58,617 bases of DNA from an uncultured Anaerolineaceae bacterium (GTDB lineage: Bacteria; Chloroflexota; Anaerolineae; Aggregatilineales; Phototrophicaceae), in NCBI GenBank assembly GCA_964434365.1, contig CAYSVE010000001.1, positions 4,013 to 62,629 of the forward strand. Reading direction: 5' to 3'. The position numbers and the translations under genes were made by a program. The notes beneath the pieces were generated by a model that saw only the letters and a program-made list of their open reading frames with translations, was not told where the DNA came from and did not search any database. Shown here one piece after another: positions 9,358-17,763 of the stretch; the first letter of the stretch is position 1; every line of letters begins with the position of its first letter.

Positions 9358-10965
9358 TTATTGCCCATCGATGATGGGCAACTCGTTGAACTCGACGCTG
9401 GAGCGCAACAGGAACTCGGCGATCCAACCGGAGTACCGTGCATTTTCAACCTGAATCCAACTGCTGTCTGCATTACGCCCGTTAATCGCGAGTTGGGTGT
9501 TATTGCTCAATACAGTTACGGGTGGGAAGCCCAAGCCGGGGCCACTGCGCATATTGATGGGCGCGGTGGTTTGCACGACGCCGAGCGGTTTATCGAAGAT
9601 GCGGAGGGGGGCCGGGTCTTGCTCGGCGACCAGGGTGCCACGAACAGGTTCTTCGATGCACGATTGGGCGCACACGCGGCTAAACGCGGGCTGCGTGCCT
9701 ACCTCACGCAACGGCAGCCGCAGTTCGATGACCTCGCCGAAGGCGGCAGCGGCATCGCTGATGATGCTGACGGTTCCGTCCGCACGCTCCAGGGACACGG
9801 CCCGACTGCCCTGCTGCGCACGTATCGTGGCGGCTTGGCCCTGTGGCGTCGTGAAGCTCAGTTCGACAGACGACGCTGTTTCGCCGTTGAGCAGTACGAA
9901 CGCATAGAAGTCGTTGTAGACGCTGGTTGCGGTTAGGCCGTTGGTATTGCTAACCGAGGGAATTTGTTCATACGCGGTCCAATCCTCGGCAACGCCATCG
10001 ACACCGAGTTGGATGAAGCTCTGCGAGAGGTCTGGCCAGGCGGTCTGTGGCATATCCAGCAACCAGGCGATGGCCCGCTCTACAAAGAGCACATTCCCCG
10101 GGTTGCGCGGTAGGAATTCGGGTTCGATGATGGAGTAGCCAAACAGGTTTTGCGCCCCCTCGCTGTCGCCGATGACGACAACGCGCGACCCGGTGCGGTG
10201 GTTTTCGCCCAGGGCGGCAACGGGCAGGCGACCGATGAAATCGGTGCCGATGTTGAGCTGTAGCGGCTGGTTATCCTGTGGGCGGGCGATACCGCGCAGG
10301 TTGGTTTCGCCCCAGGCCGTTTCGGTAAAGGCGAGGTTCGATGCCTCGGTGAACACGCCAAAGGGTTCGACATCGAGCGAACGCCCTGCCCACATGACGA
10401 GCGGTAAATCGAAACGTACTAGCGGCTCGACGATAGGATGCGCGATCACATCATCGGCGCGGACGAAGACGCGCGCACTGTTCAAATCGGGTTGGTTGAG
10501 GGACGCAACGGTGAACCACGGTTGGGTTAACAGTGTGTCCTGTAGAATGATGCCATACTCTTGTGCGAGCAAACGCCCGAGTTCGCTGCCCCTCAGGTCG
10601 CTAGCCGAGGCCTGAAAATCTGGTGGGTCGATCGCGAGGAGCAAGTGATTCCCCTGCTCGAGGTACTGGTACAGATAGATCATCTGTACGTTCGATAGCC
10701 CGGCCAACGGCCGTACGAGGAGCAGCAGGTCCAGCTCCGGCGACACCGGTTCGGTAAATGTGACGGGCACAAGTGTCACATTCATATCGCGCAGAGACTG
10801 CTCGAACCGCTCGAGGCCATCGATACCCGAATCGTATAGAAACGAGGTTCGTAGCTGTTGGTTCTGTACAATCCCAACAAGACGATCGTTCTGAGCGGTC
10901 ATCTGTGGTGCCAGCAGTACCATGCACAGCACGGCAAACCACATCGCACGATTAAGTTGGGTCAT
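9358..10965 (-). CDS. Secreted protein with C-terminal SH3b-like domain
   Basis: Signal peptide ...LLAPQMTAQ. The N-terminal region is paralogous in style to the next gene (possibly a DUF4350/GldG-like fold). The C-terminus NMRSGPG...WIQV...GWIAEFL is SH3b-like. Confidence 0.7.
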   Translation of the reverse strand: MTQLNRAMWFAVLCMVLLAPQMTAQNDRLVGIVQNQQLRTSFLYDSGIDGLERFEQSLRDMNVTLVPVTFTEPVSPELDLLLLVRPLAGLSNVQMIYLYQYLEQGNHLLLAIDPPDFQASASDLRGSELGRLLAQEYGIILQDTLLTQPWFTVASLNQPDLNSARVFVRADDVIAHPIVEPLVRFDLPLVMWAGRSLDVEPFGVFTEASNLAFTETAWGETNLRGIARPQDNQPLQLNIGTDFIGRLPVAALGENHRTGSRVVVIGDSEGAQNLFGYSIIEPEFLPRNPGNVLFVERAIAWLLDMPQTAWPDLSQSFIQLGVDGVAEDWTAYEQIPSVSNTNGLTATSVYNDFYAFVLLNGETASSVELSFTTPQGQAATIRAQQGSRAVSLERADGTVSIISDAAAAFGEVIELRLPLREVGTQPAFSRVCAQSCIEEPVRGTLVAEQDPAPLRIFDKPLGVVQTTAPINMRSGPGLGFPPVTVLSNNTQLAINGRNADSSWIQVENARYSGWIAEFLLRSSVEFNELPIIDGQ

Positions 10966-10998
10966 AGCTTGCGCCCTCGCTGGCCTTTGCCAACCGCG

Positions 10999-12186
10999 CT
11001 AATTCCCGTCGCCGGTCGTTTCAGCCTCTGGCTCTGGCGTATTGGTCGGTATCGGTGTGGGCACAGGGGTCGCGGTACCGGTGGGCGCGGGCGTTGGGAA
11101 CTCCAGGGTAGGCGTTTCGGCATCGGTGAGCCACGTCACCAGTTGCATCAAAAAGCGCGCATTGCCCGGGTAGATGAGCGACGCACTGTAGCTGGGCGAG
11201 GACTGGAACCCGCCACCATTGGTTGCAACCAGGTAGTCGCCGATGAGGATGAGGCGCGAGTCGGAACCGGTGTCCTCGAAGGCGGCTGCGACGATGAGTG
11301 GCCCACGTGCGGTGTCTTCACCGATGTTGAGATCGGCGGTTCCTTCGGCCACGAAATCGGCATAGCGCACTTCGCCATAGTAGTTCGTTGGGCTAAAAAC
11401 GAGCGGCGTCACGATAAAATCGCCAAGGGATGCGTCGATTTCCACTTCACGGGCCGCGAAGAACGCGACCTCATCATCCAGGCTACCGACCGACGGGTGT
11501 TCCGGGTTAAAGTTTGTCGTTTGGAAGGTCGAGATAAGGGCTGGCAGCTCGATTTCCACTTCTTCGACGGCGGGTGTGACGGTGGCATCGGGGTCGGTTT
11601 CGTCTTCGTCGACTTCGACAGGCACCTCGACGATTTGTGTGCCGCCCTCGGTCACCACCAGGGTGTTCGACGGGCGAATGCCGTAATCGGGCCAGGCAAG
11701 TACGAAGAAGCCATCCAGCGACGGGCTAAAGCCATCGACCAACCCACCACGACCGAAGGTAAAGGGTTGCGTCAACATCAGGACACGCCCACCATCGTTG
11801 ATGTACAGCCACAGGCGCGCGACTTGGTCTGGGGAGAGGCCCTGTTGTGGCGCTGCGATGACGACCATATCGGCATCGGCGGGGATACCACTCTCCCATA
11901 CCAGGGTATCCATGGATACACCAAACTGGCTGAGTAGGCCAGCAAAGCGAGAGAGACCGTTGCCTGAGCGGTCGAAACGCGAAGGTTCACCGTTGTCCTC
12001 GGTAAAATAAACGCGCATACCTTGCAGAGAGGCCAGTTCGGGCATCTCGTCTTGGAGTTCCTGGGCATAACTCACGCCCGGCGAGAACTCGGATGAAACG
12101 ATAAGAACGAGGAATAACATAACGGCAGCAAAGGTAAACTGATGACGCCGTGGCATATGTGTCTCTCTCCAATAGGGCGAACTCAC
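10999..12186 (-). CDS. Secreted hypothetical protein with P/T-rich C-terminal tail
   Basis: A TM/signal segment follows MPRRHQ (alternative start 12156). The C-terminus is PTPAPTGTATPVPTPIPTNTPEPE. It is co-oriented and near-contiguous with its neighbours. Confidence 0.7.
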   Translation of the reverse strand: MSSPYWRETHMPRRHQFTFAAVMLFLVLIVSSEFSPGVSYAQELQDEMPELASLQGMRVYFTEDNGEPSRFDRSGNGLSRFAGLLSQFGVSMDTLVWESGIPADADMVVIAAPQQGLSPDQVARLWLYINDGGRVLMLTQPFTFGRGGLVDGFSPSLDGFFVLAWPDYGIRPSNTLVVTEGGTQIVEVPVEVDEDETDPDATVTPAVEEVEIELPALISTFQTTNFNPEHPSVGSLDDEVAFFAAREVEIDASLGDFIVTPLVFSPTNYYGEVRYADFVAEGTADLNIGEDTARGPLIVAAAFEDTGSDSRLILIGDYLVATNGGGFQSSPSYSASLIYPGNARFLMQLVTWLTDAETPTLEFPTPAPTGTATPVPTPIPTNTPEPEAETTGDGN

Positions 12187-13352
12187 TCTGCGTTTGGGTC
12201 TTGCAGGTTCATCCGCACGACAACTTCGTTGGCAAACGTACCATCTTCTAGAACAATGACAACCCGCAATACATAGTTGCCCGAGTTTAGTATATCGATT
12301 CCAGGTAATTGTGCGAGTACGTCATCTGTGACGCTTTCGAAACGGGGTTCGCCGATTGTTGTCCAATCCTGGTAGGGCAAGTCGGCGGCTTCCTCCCTGG
12401 GGATGCCGCGGCGATTAACCGGAATGACGTTGCGGAATTCGACCTTAAAGTACGAGGTGTCGTCTGGCAGGCTCACAGTGCCGACGAGGGGGACGCTGTT
12501 CGTGATGTTGATGCGGTTGTTGCGAACACGCGGTTGGGTAATCGCGATAACCGGCAGGTTAGATATTCGGCGGGTTTGTATGGCAAAGTCGGTTAGGTAG
12601 GGCTGGAAATAGGGTAAACCGTTGGGTTCGAACAGGACGATACGCAATTGATAACGCCCAAACGGGAGTTCGACGGCGGGCGGTATGTGGCCGATAACCC
12701 CATTACGAATGCTGACTGGGTTGGCGGCATCGTTGATGTACGGGCCGTCGACTACGGTCCATCCACTGTATGGCCCACCCAATAATTCGATTTGGTAAGA
12801 GCCGACATCGCGCGATAGGACCATCGTCCCCCGCACTTCATTATTTGTACCAAAGTACCACTCGACGGGGTTGGGCCGAGTGATGCGAATATCGATCAGG
12901 TTCGGCGCGTTCGGTCGCACCTCGAAGCGCAGTTGATCGGGTTGTGTTAAGAACGTACCGTCGTAGGCGATGGCAACCAGCCGTACGTTCCATGCGCCTT
13001 CGGAGAGGCTGGGCCATGCTGGCAGGGTAACCAGCGGCCCGTTGACCACGGGGTCGGTACGAACGGTGTCGACGGTGAGCCAATCGCGGGCAATTTGCCG
13101 CTCTTCGGGGATAGGACCGATTGTACGTGTGCCACGCCCCTGGATTTCCACCTTCCAGAACAGAAACTCCGACGGGTCGAGGTCGACGGTACCGTAGATG
13201 GTGACTGGTTCGCCACTAACGACGAAGTTGTTCCCCGGAGAGGTGATGCGCACCCGGGGGTCTGGCTGGGCATGGGTCACATCGCCGAGAGCCAGGCTAA
13301 TGACGACCAGGGTCAACCAGCTAAGTACTCGAAAGCGCATGGAAACGTACAT
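12183..13352 (-). CDS. Secreted three-module (Ig-like?) protein, paralogue of 14443-15633
   Basis: It has a signal peptide and three internal modules, each of the form I.IT.P...G(T)V...(Y/F)(W/F)KVE. It is collinear with the 396-aa paralogue. Confidence 0.75.
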   Translation of the reverse strand: MYVSMRFRVLSWLTLVVISLALGDVTHAQPDPRVRITSPGNNFVVSGEPVTIYGTVDLDPSEFLFWKVEIQGRGTRTIGPIPEERQIARDWLTVDTVRTDPVVNGPLVTLPAWPSLSEGAWNVRLVAIAYDGTFLTQPDQLRFEVRPNAPNLIDIRITRPNPVEWYFGTNNEVRGTMVLSRDVGSYQIELLGGPYSGWTVVDGPYINDAANPVSIRNGVIGHIPPAVELPFGRYQLRIVLFEPNGLPYFQPYLTDFAIQTRRISNLPVIAITQPRVRNNRINITNSVPLVGTVSLPDDTSYFKVEFRNVIPVNRRGIPREEAADLPYQDWTTIGEPRFESVTDDVLAQLPGIDILNSGNYVLRVVIVLEDGTFANEVVVRMNLQDPNAE

Positions 13353-13482
13353 CCTATTTCATCAAATCGTCCCTATTCATAGCCTAAGATGCAGTTTTGC
13401 GCTATAGAGAGTAGGCAAAGCGTACCCTGTCAACACTTGCTAAATTATCTAAAATACCACCGCACACATATGGAGGAACGCC

Positions 13483-14439
13483 ATGCCGAAGCTATTCGCA
13501 GTGACTGGTGGTGCAGGCTTTATCGGCTCGAATATCGCCGAAAAACTTTTGATGGACGGAAAAACAGTTCGTATTATCGACAACCTCTCCACTGGGCGGA
13601 TGACGAATATCGACTATCTGCGCTCGCTCGGCAAACCGTTCGAGTTTCATGAGATCAGCATTCGTGATACCGATGCGCTGCGCAACACGCTGGCTGGCGT
13701 GGACACGGTGTTTCATCAGGCGGCGCTGCCGTCGGTACCGCTTAGCATCGATGACCCGATGGCGACCCATGACGACTGCGTAACTGGCACCCTGAGCGTG
13801 CTCATCGCTGCGCGCGATGCCGGGGTACGGCGCGTGGTCTACGCGGCGTCTTCGGCAGCGTATGGCGATGTGGAAGCCGAGTATAAGGTGGAGAGCCTGG
13901 CGCCGAAGCCCCTTTCGCCGTATGGCGCGGCCAAACTGGCAGGCGAATATTACTGCCAGGTGTTCAACACCTCGTATGACCTGGAGACGGTGGTGCTACG
14001 TTACTTTAATGTGTTTGGCAAACACCAGAACCCCAACTCGCAGTATGCTGCGGTGATTCCTAAGTTCATACAGGCCATGCAGCGCGGCGAGCAACCGACC
14101 ATCTACGGCGATGGCACCCAGAGCCGCGACTTCACACATGTCGATAACGTCGTCTACGGTAACCTGCTGGCCGCCGAGGCCCCCAACGCGCCTGGCCACG
14201 TCATCAACCTGGCGACGGGCGGCAACGTGACCCTGTTGCAACTGGTGAACTACTTGAACGATTTGCTGGGCACACAAATTAGCCCCAAGCACGCACCGCC
14301 GCGTCCTGGCGACATCAAACACTCGCGGGCGGACATCAACCTGGCAACGGAACTGCTGGATTACGCCCCCAGGGTGGACTTCCGCAGCGGGTTGGAAAAG
14401 ACGATTCGCTGGTATGCAGATCGATCTGAGAAATTGTAA
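13483..14439 (+). CDS. NAD-dependent NDP-sugar 4-epimerase (TviC/WbpP-like)
   Basis: GGAGFIGSN, the catalytic YAASSAAYG...PYGAAKLAGE (YxxxK), RBS ggagga, and a length of 318 aa. Confidence 0.9.
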   Translation: MPKLFAVTGGAGFIGSNIAEKLLMDGKTVRIIDNLSTGRMTNIDYLRSLGKPFEFHEISIRDTDALRNTLAGVDTVFHQAALPSVPLSIDDPMATHDDCVTGTLSVLIAARDAGVRRVVYAASSAAYGDVEAEYKVESLAPKPLSPYGAAKLAGEYYCQVFNTSYDLETVVLRYFNVFGKHQNPNSQYAAVIPKFIQAMQRGEQPTIYGDGTQSRDFTHVDNVVYGNLLAAEAPNAPGHVINLATGGNVTLLQLVNYLNDLLGTQISPKHAPPRPGDIKHSRADINLATELLDYAPRVDFRSGLEKTIRWYADRSEKL

Positions 14440-14442
14440 AGA

Positions 14443-15633
14443 ATGGACACGATGCGACGATTTTTCCCGCTGTTATTGCCTTTCCTTCTCCTGGGTTTTT
14501 GGGGCGACCCCACATACGCCCAAACCGAGGCGGACGCGCTCGCGGGTCCGCCTTACATCACATTGACGGCCCCCCGACCGAACCGCCGCGCAACGGTGAA
14601 TGCCGACCCGGTGCCGATCATCGGTACGGTGATTTACGACCCTGAGGTGATGCTGTACTGGAAGGTAGAGATTAACCCCCGCAACCGTGTCGCGACGATC
14701 GGGAGCAATATCAATGAGCGGTTGTTAGTCACGCGTGACGAATGGCTTACGCTGGAAAATGTGCGCCAGGAGACGGTCGAGGATGGGGTGCTGGCCGTCC
14801 TCCCGCCCTGGCCTGGTCTATCGGACGGCGGTTGGAATGTGCGCATCGTGGCGGTGGCACACGACGGTTCTTTTTTGGAGCAAGTGGACTTCAGCTTTAA
14901 CATGGTGGAGCCAGAACGCCCGGCTGCCGTGATCGACCTAACGCGGCCTGCCCCCGGTGGCATCGTGTTCGGCTCTAGCGAGATCATCGGCACGATTATC
15001 CTCGACCAGCGCGCAACCTCTTACGAGATCGAGATTCTCGGTGGCCCCTATACCACCTGGACACTCATCAGCGGGCCGTTCGAGAACCCGCTGGGCGAGC
15101 CGACGGAGATCGTCAACGGGCAAATCGGTGAACTGCCGCCGCTCCGTGGCTTACCATTCGGGGAGTACCAACTGCGGATTATCATTAAAGGGCCGGACTC
15201 CAACTACCAACAGCCCCCGGTGATCGTGCCGTTCTTTCATCAGGCGACCTTCGAGGGGAATATCGCGCTGATCGAAATCACCCGCCCCGCCCTACCACGC
15301 GGCGCACGCATCACCGTCCGCTCGACGACGACGCTCTTCGGTAACATCGACCTGCCCGAAGGCTCGTACTGGAAGGTGGAAATCCAGGACATTGTGCCCA
15401 CAAACAACCGCGGGATACCCCGCGATAGCTATGAGCCTGTTTTCCCATTTTGGACGACGATTGGCGACATCCGCACGGACGAGCGCCTCGGCCAGAGCCT
15501 TATCACCATCGACCCGATGGCCTACCCCCCAGGGGATTATTTGATGCGCGTGGTGATCGTCGCGCCGGATGATACGTTCTCGCAGGAGTATCGGTTCAGG
15601 ATGACGATTCGACGCCCGAACGCCGATAATTAA
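14443..15633 (+). CDS. Secreted three-module protein, paralogue of 12183-13352
   Basis: It has a signal peptide and aligns along its whole length with the 389-aa paralogue (for example YWKVEI...WPGLSDGGWNVRIVAVAHDGSFL against FWKVEI...WPSLSEGAWNVRLVAIAYDGTFL). Confidence 0.75.
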   Translation: MDTMRRFFPLLLPFLLLGFWGDPTYAQTEADALAGPPYITLTAPRPNRRATVNADPVPIIGTVIYDPEVMLYWKVEINPRNRVATIGSNINERLLVTRDEWLTLENVRQETVEDGVLAVLPPWPGLSDGGWNVRIVAVAHDGSFLEQVDFSFNMVEPERPAAVIDLTRPAPGGIVFGSSEIIGTIILDQRATSYEIEILGGPYTTWTLISGPFENPLGEPTEIVNGQIGELPPLRGLPFGEYQLRIIIKGPDSNYQQPPVIVPFFHQATFEGNIALIEITRPALPRGARITVRSTTTLFGNIDLPEGSYWKVEIQDIVPTNNRGIPRDSYEPVFPFWTTIGDIRTDERLGQSLITIDPMAYPPGDYLMRVVIVAPDDTFSQEYRFRMTIRRPNADN

Positions 15634-15743
15634 GGTGTGGCCAGTTTTTACTCGTGGGTCGTAGCGGGTACAGGTGCGATACCTGTGCGGTCGCGAGGGC
15701 GTGCGGTGGACAACGACAACCCGAATAGGACGAGGAGTGAGAT

Positions 15744-16613
15744 ATGCTGCCGAACTTCATTGTGCTGGGCGCAGAAAAAGCGGGGACGACTGCGCTGTAT
15801 AACAATTTACAGCAACACCCCGATATTTTCATTGCCGATAAAGAGCCGGAGTTTTTCTCGTATGAGGGGACGGACGGGCGTTACACGGCGGTGACGACGG
15901 TGGACGCGTACCATGCGTTGTTCGCAGGTGTGACGACCGAGCACGCTATCGGTGATGTGTCTACGACGTATTTGCCGTGCCCCGAGGCCCCCGCCCGTAT
16001 TCAACAGTATGTGCCAGATGCAAAGCTGATCGCGACGTTGCGACACCCCGCAGACCGCGCTTATTCGCGTTACTGGATGCAACTCAAGAGTGCCGATAAG
16101 GACTATACCCCAGAGGAGTTCCTCGACTTCTTTTATCATCATGGCGATAAAGAGCCATGGCGTAATGTTCGCGAGCGCGGGATGTACGGCAAAGCGTTGG
16201 CTCGATACTTCGCGTTATTCGACCCCGAACAAATTTTCGTTATCCTGCACGAGGCCCTGGTGAAGGACAGCGACCACGTTTATGGTGACTTACTCTCATT
16301 CATCGGCGCAGACCCTACGTTCAAGATCGAAAACACGAAGAACTGGAGCACGGGTCGGTCCAAGATGCGGTGGCTGCGCAACATCAATCGGGCACGCGTG
16401 TGGCCAAAGCCGGTTACGACCTTTGTCAAGGAACGACTCCCCTATCACCAGGTGATGAAAGTGCGCTTCTACCTCGATCGCGTCAATACGGTGCGGCCCC
16501 CGTCGATGGAGGCCAAGGTTCGCAACGAGCTTACGACTTTTTACCGCGAGGATATTTTGCAGCTACAGGACTTGCTCGGGCGCGACTTGAGCCACTGGCT
16601 GGAGATGAAGTAG
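15744..16613 (+). CDS. Sulfotransferase
   Basis: 5'-PSB loop LGAEKAGTTALY at the N-terminus and 3'-PB motif TLRHPADRAYSRYW. Confidence 0.85.
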   Translation: MLPNFIVLGAEKAGTTALYNNLQQHPDIFIADKEPEFFSYEGTDGRYTAVTTVDAYHALFAGVTTEHAIGDVSTTYLPCPEAPARIQQYVPDAKLIATLRHPADRAYSRYWMQLKSADKDYTPEEFLDFFYHHGDKEPWRNVRERGMYGKALARYFALFDPEQIFVILHEALVKDSDHVYGDLLSFIGADPTFKIENTKNWSTGRSKMRWLRNINRARVWPKPVTTFVKERLPYHQVMKVRFYLDRVNTVRPPSMEAKVRNELTTFYREDILQLQDLLGRDLSHWLEMK

Positions 16614-16632
16614 CCCGGTATTTGCACCGACC

Positions 16633-17685
16633 TCACTGGAAGTGCCGGTGGAAATGTGACCAGTAGCCGCGGGCCGCTAGCCGCGACTGCCAGAACTCGC
16701 GGCAGGCGCGTTGCAAATCCTCGAACTCAGCGGGCGATAGCCGGTCGTGGAATTCCGCAACGATTTCGCCAATGCGCGGCACATCGCTTTCATCCACCCA
16801 CACGCAGTACTCTCGCCAATCGACATCGAAGTCGTAGGGCAGGACGCAGTCGGTATCTACGAAGATGGGGATGCGCCCCCAGTTCAGGGTTTCGTACAGG
16901 CGCTTGGACCAGTTGCCGTTACCTCGCACACAGACGTTGTAGTCGCTGTGCGTTAAGTTATTGAGGAAGGTCTCGCGTGCTGTGCTGGTCGATTTCTCTG
17001 CTTCGTCTACCCCGCCCCAATACTTGTCATTGATAATAAAGTTTGTTTTCACCGATGGGCTTTGCTGCAAGCGATGGAGGATGCGCCCACGCAGATATTG
17101 TGCGGGCAGGATGGGCGGTGGCTTGAAGTACGGCATGTTCCCGGGCCTGTGCATCGACAAATTGCGCAACGCAAGCATGAACGCTTTGTTTGGCCGGGTA
17201 ACGGCCTGGCCACAAAAGCCGACAACCGGCTGAGGTTGCTTCGGGCGAACCTCGATAGCGCCATCCCCTTCATCAACAAGGGTATCGTTCATGGGCGGGT
17301 AGGAAGCAAATTCGTGTATGAGCCGCAGGGATTGGTAACCAGAAGCCTGAAACAAATAAACATCGTGCAGCGCCTCGGGTAGCTCCGCTCGATAGTCGCC
17401 CACACTCCACAACACGATCGGTTTTTCGTAAGGGCGCATTCGCTCGGCGAATGCAATGGCATCTGCGATCCGGCTTTGCCTCACATAGTGATTCCACTTA
17501 TATGTAAACAGTATGAGATCGGCTTGTTCGGGCGCATCGACGACGGTGAAGCCCTCGGCGAGGTAGCCGTAGGTCTCTAGCCGCAGTTCCTGCGACTTGT
17601 CATTCCAATGGGCTTTGAGGATATTGTTGAGATGATAACGGTGTTCTGGATCGTACAGCGATGGGTCACCATAGACGTTTAGCAC
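16633..17685 (-). CDS. Exostosin (GT47)-like glycosyltransferase
   Basis: The C-terminal pattern VCVRGNGNWSKRLYETLNWGRIPIFVDTDCVLPYD resembles the exostosin-family motif. The assignment is from memory of the family. Confidence 0.55.
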   Translation of the reverse strand: MLNVYGDPSLYDPEHRYHLNNILKAHWNDKSQELRLETYGYLAEGFTVVDAPEQADLILFTYKWNHYVRQSRIADAIAFAERMRPYEKPIVLWSVGDYRAELPEALHDVYLFQASGYQSLRLIHEFASYPPMNDTLVDEGDGAIEVRPKQPQPVVGFCGQAVTRPNKAFMLALRNLSMHRPGNMPYFKPPPILPAQYLRGRILHRLQQSPSVKTNFIINDKYWGGVDEAEKSTSTARETFLNNLTHSDYNVCVRGNGNWSKRLYETLNWGRIPIFVDTDCVLPYDFDVDWREYCVWVDESDVPRIGEIVAEFHDRLSPAEFEDLQRACREFWQSRLAARGYWSHFHRHFQ

Positions 17686-17763
17686 TGCAACCCTTCCACA
17701 TACGCTGATGCTGTGAGGTTAAGACCAGGACTGTACGGAATTCGCGAGGGTATGTCAACCCTA

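Noticed and set aside
10858-11937. 359-aa plus-strand ORF
   Set aside because: It is antisense to the secreted-protein operon and has R/G/H-rich composition.
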